Shown here piece after piece: positions 30,953 to 41,739 of a DNA stretch of 64,000 nt. The notes below the pieces were generated by a model. The model ran no database searches. It was not told the origin of the DNA and was given only the letters and a program-made list of their open reading frames with translations. How positions within the stretch are numbered: the stretch's first letter is position 1; the number at the start of each line of letters is the position of its first letter. The stretch is from Candidatus Latescibacterota bacterium (GTDB lineage: Bacteria > Latescibacterota > UBA2968 > UBA8231): positions 288,001 to 352,000 of the forward strand of contig CBDAOB010000003.1 in NCBI GenBank assembly GCA_965197905.1, read 5' to 3'. The translations under genes and the position numbers were made by a program.

Positions 30953-32773
30953 ATGGATCATCTTTATCATCATGCCATTCGGGCAGCATGCGGATTTATT
31001 ATAACTGTTTCGCTTGGTCTTTCGGTTTGGGCAGAGGCAGATGCGAAGCAAAGTCCAAAGTCAAAGAGCCAAAGGCACGCAGAGCACCTCAGGACCCTTG
31101 TCATCATTGACCGCCCATATGAATTGGGGGAAGAGATCGAGCTAGCATTTGCGAAGGGCGAGTCTGCCCAGCTGCGATGTGTTGATAATCCCTTCGGGTT
31201 GCAGGAAATTCTGATAGGCTGGATTTCTGGTGATCAATTCGGCGTGCCAGGCGACCTTCTCGACACACGTTTTATCTCGGCCGAAGGAAAGGTCTCCGGT
31301 GGAGGTTCGCCTCTCCCCAGGAGTAAAGGCTTCCTTCGGCAATACCGCGAAACGCCTTGTCTGGCGGTGGCCAGATTTGATCTCGTCGACGGCAAACTCG
31401 CCATGCGCTTCCGTGTGCAAACCGATCCGGTCGAGAACAGGCGAGCTTACGAAGAGCATTTGAAGATCGGCGCAATATCCCTTCAGCAAAGGGGTCACTG
31501 GCAAACGCTGACGGGTACAGATCGGATACCGATTCCGAAACTTGCCGTGCACGAACGTGTAGCGGGATTTACCCGTCTCTGGAGCGAAGTGAAATACAAC
31601 TTCGCGTTCTTTGACCAGGTTCCGGACCTCGAGTGGGATCGAGTGCTAGATGAATATATCCCGAAAGTGATGGAAGAGCAGCGATACGAGGAGTACTACC
31701 GATTGCTGCAGCAATGCATCGCCCGGCTGCAAGATGGTCATACCGGGGTATGGCCCGTCATCGGGCCAGCAACAGACGGTCCATCCCTGCTGATACGCGC
31801 AGTGGAAGGTAAGGCTATCGTTGCTGATCTTGGCACAAGCGAGGAAATCAAGAAGTCAGAATTGAAACGGGGAGACGAGATCACTCACGTTGATGGCCAG
31901 TCAGTGCTGGAGTTGCTGGAGCGGGAAGTTTATCCCTACACATTTGCATCGACACCGCAGGGCCGAGACCAGAAGGCATACGCGGAACTACTCGAAGGGC
32001 CACGAGACAGTCCTGTCAATATTCGCACGCGGAGTCTCCATGGTGCCACCCGGGACTTGGCCTTAACCCGGCGTTCCGAGTGGAAACAGAAACCGTGGAC
32101 CCAGACTCCAAGTTTCGAGTTCAAGGATCTACCGGATGGGATCGTCTATGTCGCGATTCGCACCTTTGGATCGGAAAGCGTTGTCAAGCAGTTTGACGAG
32201 ATTTTCGAGCAGGTGTTAAAGGCAAAGGGACTTATCATCGATGTAAGGGAGAACGGAGGTGGAAGTACGGACAATGCAAACAGCATCATCCGCTATCTAA
32301 CCGATAGACCTCTCAAGGGATCTCATTGGAGAACACGGCAGTACATGCCGAGCTTTCGAGCGTGGGGCCAGGAAGAGAAATGGTATAAGGGCGAGCACGA
32401 TCACGTCCAGCCAAGAGAAGAAGACCCCTTTCTCGGTCCAGTCGTGGTGTTGATCGGCCCCGGCACCGTAAGTGCCTCGGAGGACTTCCTGATCCCGTTG
32501 CATCATAGCGGACGTGCGACACTGGTGGGAGAGCGTACGGCAGGAACGACAGGTCAACCCCTTGTCGTCCACCTTCCAGCGGGCACGGCCAGAATTTGCA
32601 CCAAGCGCGACACCTATCCTGACGGGACGGAGTTCGTCGGAATCGGCGCTATCCCAGATGTGGAGGTACATCCCACTCGGGAGGACATTGCCGCCGGTCG
32701 CGACGCAATTCTTGAAATCCTCCGAACTGGCTCATCTCCCGGATGGCTACCTGAGAAAAGCGCCGATTTCTGA
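30953..32773 (+). CDS. S41-family peptidase with PDZ-like domain
   Basis: Signal peptide, LQDGHT, LIIDVRENGGG, TVSASEDF, GERTAG, IPDVEV. Confidence 0.9.
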   Translation: MDHLYHHAIRAACGFIITVSLGLSVWAEADAKQSPKSKSQRHAEHLRTLVIIDRPYELGEEIELAFAKGESAQLRCVDNPFGLQEILIGWISGDQFGVPGDLLDTRFISAEGKVSGGGSPLPRSKGFLRQYRETPCLAVARFDLVDGKLAMRFRVQTDPVENRRAYEEHLKIGAISLQQRGHWQTLTGTDRIPIPKLAVHERVAGFTRLWSEVKYNFAFFDQVPDLEWDRVLDEYIPKVMEEQRYEEYYRLLQQCIARLQDGHTGVWPVIGPATDGPSLLIRAVEGKAIVADLGTSEEIKKSELKRGDEITHVDGQSVLELLEREVYPYTFASTPQGRDQKAYAELLEGPRDSPVNIRTRSLHGATRDLALTRRSEWKQKPWTQTPSFEFKDLPDGIVYVAIRTFGSESVVKQFDEIFEQVLKAKGLIIDVRENGGGSTDNANSIIRYLTDRPLKGSHWRTRQYMPSFRAWGQEEKWYKGEHDHVQPREEDPFLGPVVVLIGPGTVSASEDFLIPLHHSGRATLVGERTAGTTGQPLVVHLPAGTARICTKRDTYPDGTEFVGIGAIPDVEVHPTREDIAAGRDAILEILRTGSSPGWLPEKSADF

Positions 32774-32774
32774 T

Positions 32775-32828
32775 ACACGCCGGCATCCGAACGCCTCAGC
32801 CCAGCGACAGGGCCAATGGGACGTGTTA
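32775..32828 (-). repeat. Family C repeat (partial attC-like)
   Basis: cggcatccgaacgcctcagcccagcgacagggccaa...gtgtta. Confidence 0.6.
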
Positions 32829-33282
32829 TATCTTCGGCGAGATCCCTAGTATACTACGAGAGTATGTGAGCGCCTCACAGGGTAGCCCAACTTCCTGGCG
32901 GGGGAATGGCACATGATCAGGGGCGCAACTCATTTTGGATGACTCTTGGGATCTGGGCCCGCCTGATCACTTGATCAGCATTGGCAGTATTTTCTGGGGA
33001 GGCCGTTTTCCGACTGAGGCTATGACCTCGTACGTTAGGTAGGCCCTCCGTGGTTGATACCGGGGAAGACGCTGGTCAAAAAGAGACCCCAAGAGCAGTC
33101 ACCCTTGAGGTCCCCATGTCCAACGTAACGCCCTAGCCAATTAAACGTTACGAAGACAATTCTATGCTACATGAACATTCTTCCAAATTCAAGAGTTATT
33201 ACATCCTCATCGAGTGCCTGTGAGTTCATCATTCTACCTACCTGCGGTACCATTTCGTCGCTCGCGCTGCCACCGAACATAG

Positions 33283-33540
33283 GGCGTTTCAATGCCGTTC
33301 TCGCGACAGATTTTGGCGAAAGTAGGCGGACTGATTCCAAGCGCAGCGGCGGCTTCCTTATTCGTGACCTACATCCTGGCAGCACGACGCACAGACTCCA
33401 CAGATTTGGGTTGTATCATAGGCGAAAAAAGTGCCAAGTATGTGAGATAGTTTCAATTAGGGAATTGCCGTCCCAGCAAGGCGTTGCCAAAGGCCCAGCG
33501 CCGATCGGCGCGCAGGTCATCTTAAACTGCGCGTCCGATT
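33283..33540. repeat. About 230-250 bp repeat ending in a family B attC half (second copy at 49631-49870)
   Basis: High similarity by eye to 49631-49860. Confidence 0.85.
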
Positions 33541-33582
33541 AGAATCCTACAGTCGGGGTATCGGACTTGCTACATTTCGCCC

Positions 33583-34983
33583 CTACATTCCCATTTCCAA
33601 ATAGGCCTTAGCGATCTTCTCGATAGCAACCACATAGGCTGCCATGCGCAAATCTGGCACTGCGTCCCGAGAGAGATAAAGCTCGCGAATTTGGTTGTAT
33701 GCCTCCCGCATGGTATCGTCCAGCCCCGAGCGGACCAGATCTAATTCGCTCGCGCCGTGGTCCAAATGTGAACGTAGCGATTGGGGGATGGGTTTACCAA
33801 TCATCTTTTCGATAATTTCCAAAATCATGTGGCCGCGGAACTCGTCCAGACGGCGATGGAGACGACCAAAGCGAATGTGGGAGATATTTTTTATCCATTC
33901 GAAGTACGAAACTGTCACGCCTCCGGCATTCAAGTATGCGTCTGGGATGGTTACCGTTCCCCGTTGCCGTAGCAGTTCGTCGGCCGCAAACGTCACCGGT
34001 CCATTAGCCGCTTCGGCGATGAGGGGAGCGCGAATACGATCTGCGTTGCGGGCTGTGATCTGGGCCTCGAGAGCAGCTGGTATGAGAATATCGCAATCCG
34101 CCTCAAGCAGGGAGGGGCCGTCCTCGATGTACTGCACGCCGGGGAAATCAACAAGATGCGTATGCTCCATGCGGTGAGAGGATACGGCTTCGACGTCAAT
34201 TCCCTTATTGGAAAACACGGCGCCATCCCTTTCTATGATGCCAACAATGAGTGCCCCGTCCTCCTCGGAGAGATATTTGGCCGCGTGGTATCCCACGTTT
34301 CCCAGACCTTGAATGATGATGCGTTTGCCTTCCAGGTTCCCGTCAAGTTGGGCTCGTTTCACGTCATCTGGATGCCGAAAATACTCCCGGAGACCGTATT
34401 GTACCCCACGGCCGACAATGCCACCCTGAGAGACGGGTTTCCCGGTTATACAGGCGATCGCATTTATGTCCTCCGGGTGCAAGATTTTGTAGGCATCGGC
34501 CATCCACGCCATCTCCCGAGCACCTGTACCCATGTCAGGTGCGGGCACATTCTGGCTGGGACTGAAGTAATCTTTCTTCGCCAACTCCACTGCGAAACGC
34601 TTTGTAATCCGTTCCAAGTCCTCCGCATCATGTTTTCTAGGATCTATGAGCAGGCCTCCCTTCGATCCACCAAATGGCACATCAACGATGGCGCACTTGT
34701 ACGACATGAGCGCTGCCAGGGCTTCGACCTCATCCTGATTAACTACATTTGCAAAGCGAATACCACCCTTGGTCGGTAGGCGATGTTCGCTGTGAACGGC
34801 TCGCCAACCAGTGAAGATGTGGTATCCGTCGCGGAATTTGACAGGAAAGCGAACCTGGTAAACCGAGTTGCATGCCTTGATTTGGTCACCTAAGCCCGGC
34901 GGCAGATCAAGGGTGGCTGCGGCCCGGTCGAACATCAGATCAACGCTTTCTCTGAACGAAACCTCCGGGTGGTTGCTCCTCAT
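33583..34983 (-). CDS. gdhA: Glu/Leu/Phe/Val dehydrogenase (with an apparent small internal deletion)
   Basis: PTKGGIR, KCA..DVPFGGSKGG, PAPDMGT, GLGNVG, EAANGP, NAGGVTVSYFEW. Confidence 0.9.
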   Translation of the reverse strand: MRSNHPEVSFRESVDLMFDRAAATLDLPPGLGDQIKACNSVYQVRFPVKFRDGYHIFTGWRAVHSEHRLPTKGGIRFANVVNQDEVEALAALMSYKCAIVDVPFGGSKGGLLIDPRKHDAEDLERITKRFAVELAKKDYFSPSQNVPAPDMGTGAREMAWMADAYKILHPEDINAIACITGKPVSQGGIVGRGVQYGLREYFRHPDDVKRAQLDGNLEGKRIIIQGLGNVGYHAAKYLSEEDGALIVGIIERDGAVFSNKGIDVEAVSSHRMEHTHLVDFPGVQYIEDGPSLLEADCDILIPAALEAQITARNADRIRAPLIAEAANGPVTFAADELLRQRGTVTIPDAYLNAGGVTVSYFEWIKNISHIRFGRLHRRLDEFRGHMILEIIEKMIGKPIPQSLRSHLDHGASELDLVRSGLDDTMREAYNQIRELYLSRDAVPDLRMAAYVVAIEKIAKAYLEMGM

Positions 34984-35691
34984 TTGAAGCTCCTATATCG
35001 GCCGAATGGCTTGATGCGTACTGGGGAGAGATACAATTTTATCCGTCGCGGCCGCAGACCTTCGCCCTTGTGTTCGAAAACCCGGGCCATGATCACTGCC
35101 CTCGTGCTGCGCACATTTTTCGTAGGGAATCGACACGCCCGATGAATATCAGGCAGAAGAGTAATCTGAACATGAGTTCGCTGACGTCGGCTTGGCAGCC
35201 ATTGGCTCCCCCACTCCGACAGTCCTGGTAGATTCCGGTACAAGATCCAGTGATAAAGCCGCCGCGGCAGGAAGCGGCGCAGCATGTCGAAGAGGTAGGC
35301 GTCGGGAGTGTCTGGGACCCGTAGAGGCGGGTTTCGACGCTCCATAGTCTTCACCCCACGGTTTGACCTCGTAGTAGAGTGATTCCGTAGCTCCCTCTAG
35401 CGCGAACTTGGAGGCGCTGTACACGGCCATCGTCGGCATGGCCATCATCCCACCCATGGAGGACACGTTTATGATGCGACCGGCGCGCCGAGAGCGCATG
35501 TACGGCAGGACGAGCCGAGTCAGTTCCATCGGGGCACGGAAGTTGATGCCCATCTGCTGCAGTCGCTCTCGCTCGCTGACGTGCTCGACTACGGACCGGT
35601 AGGCGACTCCGGCGTTGTTGATTAGCACGTCGACGCCGCCGAGCGCCAGGCCCACTCCGGTCGTGGCCCCAGTCAGTAAGATAGTAGACAA
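34980..35691 (-). pseudogene. SDR oxidoreductase with internal deletions and frameshift
   Basis: TGATTGVGLAL joined directly to GGVDVLINNAG; YSASK present; C-terminus in another frame. Confidence 0.8.
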
Positions 35692-35946
35692 GTGGCACCT
35701 CGCCCCTTGCTGGTGAGGTTACGGAGTCAACCAAGACCCGTCACTCAAAACAACAAGGAGCGGCTCTCGTGACACGCACGACCAAGTATGTGGGACTCGA
35801 CGTAAACCCAACCGGGTGCCTAGAACCAGCAAAACCGCTCGCTCTTCACTGAAATCCAGATATTTAGTACTATATCCGCATGTGAATGAGAAGTAGTCAA
35901 TTACTGGTAGAAATTCAACTAGCTCAAACCAGAATCCCTGCTTACA

Positions 35947-36300
35947 ATGCATCTTAAATATATGTTAATTAAAGCTCTTACAGTTCTTGTCGGTATCACC
36001 TCCGCTTGGACTCATCCTGCAGATTCAACCGGTGGTTTCGTTCACGCTGACTTCTCCAGTGCGCCAAATTACCAGGTATCCCGTGTGATCGATGGTGACA
36101 CCGTTGAGCTCATGATCAACGGATGCCGACGAAGGTGCGATTGATTGGGGTGGACACTCCTGAAACTGTTCACCCCAGCCAGTAGAATACTACGGACTGA
36201 GGCAAGCACATTTACAAGGAATCTACTGCGGGGAGAATCAGTTTACATCCAGTTTGAAAGCGAAGAACGTGACCAGGACCGGAAAGAAATATCACTCAGC
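35947..36300 (+). pseudogene. Thermonuclease (SNase-like), frameshifted
   Basis: VSRVIDGDTV, then (fs) VRLIGVDTPETVHP. Confidence 0.75.
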
Positions 36301-36434
36301 AGGTTGTAGGTATTTGTCAAAAAGCAAGAGAGATATCGATTTGGGTGAGTCGAAGAAAAGATACACCGCATGCAGTGTGTGCAGTCCACCAAGGTGATAG
36401 GCCCTTACGGTTTATTCGGTAGGAGGAGGAAAAG

Positions 36435-36887
36435 ATGAAACAGACGATAGTCATGGTCACACTGCTTGCACTGACAATCGCCCCTTCGATTGGGGAAGAA
36501 ACTCAGCAGGATCCCAAGAAGTACTTCTCGCAGCCGTTCCAGATCAATCTTGGCCAGGTAGTCGCCATGTCTTTGTGGAACACCCTGTATGCTCAGATGC
36601 ACAAAACGCGAGCAGATTACCGTTTAAAGAAGTGGGATGCTCCGGTAATTGTTGGGTACAACAAGGAAATCGGCAAGGTTGAAATAGCAATATATGGCGA
36701 CCGCAGTTCGATTGATGACGCAAAGAAATCAGTAGATAGGTTCAGATCAGACATTCTCCAAAAGGGCCTGGAAGTCGTCAATGCGCTTTACAACGCTAGC
36801 GTAACAGAAAATCATATTTCGATTGGCTACTACCACGAAGGAAGGAAACTGCTAACATTCACCCATGGAGCATACGTGATCGACTGA
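36435..36887 (+). CDS. Hypothetical exported protein
   Basis: AGGAGG RBS and signal-peptide-like N-terminus. Confidence 0.7.
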   Translation: MKQTIVMVTLLALTIAPSIGEETQQDPKKYFSQPFQINLGQVVAMSLWNTLYAQMHKTRADYRLKKWDAPVIVGYNKEIGKVEIAIYGDRSSIDDAKKSVDRFRSDILQKGLEVVNALYNASVTENHISIGYYHEGRKLLTFTHGAYVID

Positions 36888-36934
36888 TCCGCAGCAATTA
36901 ATTTCGCACACTTCGCGCATCGGGATAGCACCTG

Positions 36935-37207
36935 ATGAGTCTAACGGCATTTGTAAAACAACCAGAAGTAGTGGCGAAGTTGAAGCCCCTTCGCCCCAAA
37001 GGTCCGCGCACACTTAAGATTGAGCAGAAGGTGCCGCCGCGGACTAAGAAATATATGCTTGTTGGTGTCGCCTTTGACTACTTCTTTCGATTCGAGCTGA
37101 AGCGATTGAAACCGAACGTGATCGAACGACAATGGGTAGCAGAGCGGGCTTTGGAGCTAATTCGATATGAAACGAGTGATGGTGGGGTTATACGAGGCGA
37201 CTGGTGA
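36935..37207 (+). CDS. Hypothetical protein, probably truncated
   Basis: 90-aa ORF. Confidence 0.45.
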   Translation: MSLTAFVKQPEVVAKLKPLRPKGPRTLKIEQKVPPRTKKYMLVGVAFDYFFRFELKRLKPNVIERQWVAERALELIRYETSDGGVIRGDW

Positions 37208-37406
37208 CCAACAACATGCTATGGATGTATAGCATTTGGTGGAGCTGGAACGGACCAACGATGGTCTTGGCCACAGATGCTGTGTCCGCTTCCCCATTAG
37301 GCAGTTTGGGGCGGTGGATGATGGCCTCTGAAGCTCAGCACCGTTTAGAAATAGGTGTGGCGAATGCGAAAGCCAGTTAACAATAGGCCTTGCTGCAATA
37401 GGTAGT

Positions 37407-38591
37407 TTGGTGGTATCGAACGCCTTCATCGTCATGCAGATTGGCGACCCGGATTTGGATCACGTCTGTGAATCGGCAATTGTGCCCGCGATCGAGCAGA
37501 ATGGACTCTCACCGAAACGCGTCGATAAGCACAACCAAGGGGGATTGCTTAAGAGCGAGATCGTCCAATTCCTCACAGAGTCCACGATAATCGTTGCGGA
37601 TCTGACAAATGAGAGGCCCAACTGTTACCTAGAAATAGGATATGCGATGGGTCTCAATCGATTCCGACACGTGATTCTGACTGTCCGAGAGGATCATATG
37701 CCTGACAGTACCAACTATAAGAAAGAAGGGCCAAAGGTTCATTTCGATCTCATCGGATACGAGATCCTCCAGTGGGCGGCGAACGATCTAGATGGATTCC
37801 GCGAGGAATTGTCAAAGCGAATTTCCCGAAGGATGGCATCCATTCCAAACGTTCAGGATGGTTCAGTGACCGCGCCGCCAGTAATCGACCACGATTGGGT
37901 CGACGAGAACCGTGAGATCGCACTACTCTCTTCGACAGACACCGGTGTGACGGGCTTTCTTGAGGTAACAGCGGGAATCGCTTGGCCAAAAATCAATCGT
38001 ACGCAGGTTGAGTTACATAGCGCCGCAACACGGGCTCCTCTAAGATTGACGGGATGGCCCATCGGCGTGGTCCTGAATAATGTCGATGACGCTCGGCCGA
38101 AGGCAGTGGGCGACGCCATTGTGGCAAACGTCCACACGGAAGACAAGATGTACGACTATTGGTCGGTGCGACGTAACGGCGACTTCTACTTTCTGGGGTC
38201 TTTTTGGGAAGACGAAAGGGATTCATCATCCCTGGCGTTCGACTTGCGAATACTCCGTGTTACGGAAGCCTTTCTTTACCTAGCTCGTTTGTATACTGGT
38301 CTCCAAGTGGATCCGACAACAAGCCTCGAGTTGGGGTTTAGCCATACAGGTTTAAAGGGGCGAAAGCTTTCCTCGTCCAATGTCCAACGTCGTGTCGGTG
38401 CGCACGGTCCCGCAATCGAGGACAGTTGCGTGACCCGAGTGGAGTCCTCAATAGATCGCATTGAGGTGGAGCTTGTTGCTCTCGTCAAGCAAGTTCTCTC
38501 CGAATTGTTCGTATTGTTTGACTTCTTCCAGCTGGACGACGTGGTGTACGAAGAAATCGTCGATGGGATTGTTGAGGGAAGGACGCCCTAG
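37407..38591 (+). CDS. Nucleoside 2-deoxyribosyltransferase/TIR-like N-domain protein
   Basis: AFIVM...RVD...IVADLTNERPNCYLEIGYA...HFDL. Confidence 0.7.
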   Translation: MVVSNAFIVMQIGDPDLDHVCESAIVPAIEQNGLSPKRVDKHNQGGLLKSEIVQFLTESTIIVADLTNERPNCYLEIGYAMGLNRFRHVILTVREDHMPDSTNYKKEGPKVHFDLIGYEILQWAANDLDGFREELSKRISRRMASIPNVQDGSVTAPPVIDHDWVDENREIALLSSTDTGVTGFLEVTAGIAWPKINRTQVELHSAATRAPLRLTGWPIGVVLNNVDDARPKAVGDAIVANVHTEDKMYDYWSVRRNGDFYFLGSFWEDERDSSSLAFDLRILRVTEAFLYLARLYTGLQVDPTTSLELGFSHTGLKGRKLSSSNVQRRVGAHGPAIEDSCVTRVESSIDRIEVELVALVKQVLSELFVLFDFFQLDDVVYEEIVDGIVEGRTP

Positions 38592-38659
38592 GATCTCTGA
38601 CGTGGGATCGGCCACACCTTGATAGCGACGAAGACATCTGACCGCAGATCATCCTGTGC

Positions 38660-40276
38660 TAGTGTTGCGTCGCAGCGATTCCTTCACAAAGTCGTTTGAT
38701 CTTTGCGAGGATGGAATCTGCCGTTGCGGTCCAGGCGAACGGGGCCGCGTTGGCGTTCCAGTGGTCGGTGAAGCGCTCGATTCGGCGGATCAACTCCTTC
38801 ACCTTACGGAAGGAGCCGCGTCGAATGGCGCGCTGGGTGATGATGTTGAACCAGATCTCGACCTGGTTGAGCCAGGAAGCGTAGGTCGGCGTGAAGTGGA
38901 TGTGGAAACGTGGATGTTTGGCCAACCACACTTTGACCTTGGCGTGCTTGTGGGTCCCGTAGTTGTCGACGACGATGTGGAGGTCCAGGTCTTCGGGGAC
39001 GTTGCCGTCAATGTGGCGTAAGAACTGCAGGAATTCCTGATGACGATGCCGTGGTTTGCACTGCGTCAGGACTTCCCCGGTTTCGATATCCAGCGCGGCG
39101 AACAGCGTCGTGGTGCCGTGTCGCTTGTAGTCGTGGGTCACGCCCTCGACGTATCCCAGGCCGAGAGGCAACATCGGTTGGGACCGTTCCAACGCCTGGA
39201 TCTGGCTCTTCTCGTCGACGCACAACACCATGGATCAACTCCTTCACCTTACGGAAGGAGCCGCGTCGAATGGCGCGCTGGGTGATGATGTTGAACCAGA
39301 TCTCGACCTGGTTGAGCCAGGAAGCGTAGGTCGGCGTGAAGTGGATGTGGAAACGTGGATGTTTGGCCAACCACACTTTGACCTTGGCGTGCTTGTGGGT
39401 CCCGTAGTTGTCGACGACGATGTGGAGGTCCAGGTCTTCGGGGACGTTGCCGTCAATGTGGCGTAAGAACTGCAGGAATTCCTGATGACGATGCCGTGGT
39501 TTGCACTGCGTCAGGACTTCCCCGGTTTCGATATCCAGCGCGGCGAACAGCGTCGTGGTGCCGTGTCGCTTGTAGTCGTGGGTCACGCCCTCGACGTATC
39601 CCAGGCCGAGAGGCAACATCGGTTGGGACCGTTCCAACGCCTGGATCTGGCTCTTCTCGTCGACGCACAACACCATGGCGCGCTCGGGGGGATGCAGGTA
39701 CAGACCGACGATGTCGCGTACCTTTTCTACGAAGAACGGATCTGTGGAGAGTTTGAAGTGCGTCCGACGGTGGGGTTGCAAACCAAAAGCACGCCAGATG
39801 CGATGGACTGTGTCCTTCGACAACCTGGTCTCGTCTGCCATCGAGCGTACCGACCACTGGGTCTGTTCCGGTGGCTTGGTATTGAAGGTTTTGTATACGA
39901 CTTCGGCCACCTGCTCATCCTCAATCGTCCGCGGTCCACCTGGGCGGACTTCGTCGTACAGGCCGCTCAGACCTCGATCCAGAAACCGCCGGCGCCACTT
40001 GCCCACCGTCGCTCGCGATACGCTCAGTGCCTGCGCGATATCCTGGTTGGGCCATCCGTCAGCGGCCAACAGCACGATCTCCGAGCGGCGCACGAGCCCA
40101 TGCGAAAGGCTGCGTGACCTGGTCATGGATTCCAACTGCTCTCGGGTCTGCTCACTCAACTCCACCGGTGCCATCGGTCGGCCGATTGCCATATAGGTCT
40201 CTCCCGCGAAAAGGGGTCAAGAGAAACCTACACTCACGCAGAAACTTTGTCTAGCTAATCCTGAGACGAAACATTA
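38660..40276 (-). mobile_element. IS630-family element with a 445-bp internal tandem duplication
   Basis: TA at both ends; IRs gtgttgcgtcgcag / atgtttcgtctcag; [27 protein letters not shown]. Confidence 0.92.
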
Positions 40277-40355
40277 GGCATAGGTAGGAGATGATGATTC
40301 GAGATTTGTCTGCGCCACTCTAAGTCCGTGAATACGGAAGGAACAGAGAGAGTCC

Positions 40356-40565
40356 GTGAACGCGGTGCTGAAGCCTGATAGGAAAATTTACGAACTTGCT
40401 TGCGATCGGCTCCGAATAGAGCCAAGCGAGGCAGTTTTTGTCGGCGATGGTGGGTCGAATGAGTTGTGGGGTGCTACCGAGGCCGGAATCGAAGCGCTAT
40501 GGTGTACATGGTTCTTGGACGACTGGCCAGAAGGTAGACGGCCCAGCAAAGTTCCTTGGAGGTGA
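40356..40565 (+). pseudogene. HAD hydrolase C-terminal half
   Basis: KPDRKIY...VFVGDGGSNEL.GA..AG. Confidence 0.7.
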
Positions 40566-41165
40566 TTGGCGGCAGTTAGGACTCTCATCTGACTGGATTC
40601 TTAGGAAACGACTGTCGATACATTGAAAGAGAGAAGGCAAAAGGAACTCGACTCGATGACAGACAAGGAGCAATGGAGACTGCGATGAGGTTCGACGAAT
40701 CGGCCACCCCTGACACCGTCGCATCTGTCTTCAGGTCCTGCCTCCCGCTAGCTTCCGTCTGCCGTCGGCCATTGGAGATCGCCCTCGCGTCTGCAAGGAA
40801 GGATCTTTTCAAAGACGCTTCCGACCCTGACACGATGACGATGATCTGTGTGTAACTTACGATTCTAAGCGCGCCCGGTCTCACGAAGCTCCCTGAGATC
40901 GGTTTGCGTTTCTATGGATTTACCCGCTTTGGCTCTCGAGATATTGATATGTCCGAGGGGTGGCGCAAAGTTATCCACTGAGTAGCCGATTATTCCACCA
41001 TAGTTATCTCCCATGTAATTGACATTTCCTCAGATTTTATCTGCCTGTTCTCTTGGTTGTATCTTTTTCTTCACCAAAGCTTGCACGGCAAGGCATTGTT
41101 TCATTATTATATGAGCTACCTACCCCCTAAAAACTTCATTATTTTGGAATCAAGTTGCTTGCCAA

Positions 41166-41564
41166 TTGGCCAAGAGAAAAGTAGCAAAAACAGGTACTTA
41201 CGTTAAGTCAAATCTCACGAAAAAGCAGGCTGAAACATTAGCCGTCGTTGTGGCCCACTCGAAAGGGGATGTTCCTCCTTCAATCGAAACCTTGGCCCGC
41301 CTTTTGAAAGTCAAGAAGCCCACAGCGAAGAAGCGTTTCGAGATATCATGCACGAAACGTTATGTTATCGACGATTCAGTGGGCCACAAGCTCAATGCGT
41401 CGCATTTTTGCACGATGGAGCGAACTGCCCGATTACTACTGGCAATAAACGATCACCTTGTACGGTCGGGTACAAGTTCTGCCACTTATGAAGACATCGT
41501 TGCTACCCTAGTCGAAGGCGGATTTCGAGAAGATGACGTTGTGGCAATTTTAAGCCTCGTGTGA
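41166..41564 (+). CDS. Hypothetical protein, possible winged HTH
   Basis: PPSIETLARLLKVKKPTAKKR. Confidence 0.45.
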   Translation: MAKRKVAKTGTYVKSNLTKKQAETLAVVVAHSKGDVPPSIETLARLLKVKKPTAKKRFEISCTKRYVIDDSVGHKLNASHFCTMERTARLLLAINDHLVRSGTSSATYEDIVATLVEGGFREDDVVAILSLV

Positions 41565-41739
41565 CCCGACCGGGTGGATACATCGAAAATGCGCACCAGG
41601 AGGACGTTCTCAAGCTAGGCAGACTTTTTGGCCAACACGTGACATATTTAGAATTGCTAATCAATGAGTTCAAAAAGAGGCAGGTAGCCAGGTCCACTTG
41701 AACTAGGCTTTTTCTTTTCCTGCGTAGAGGCGTCGGTCC

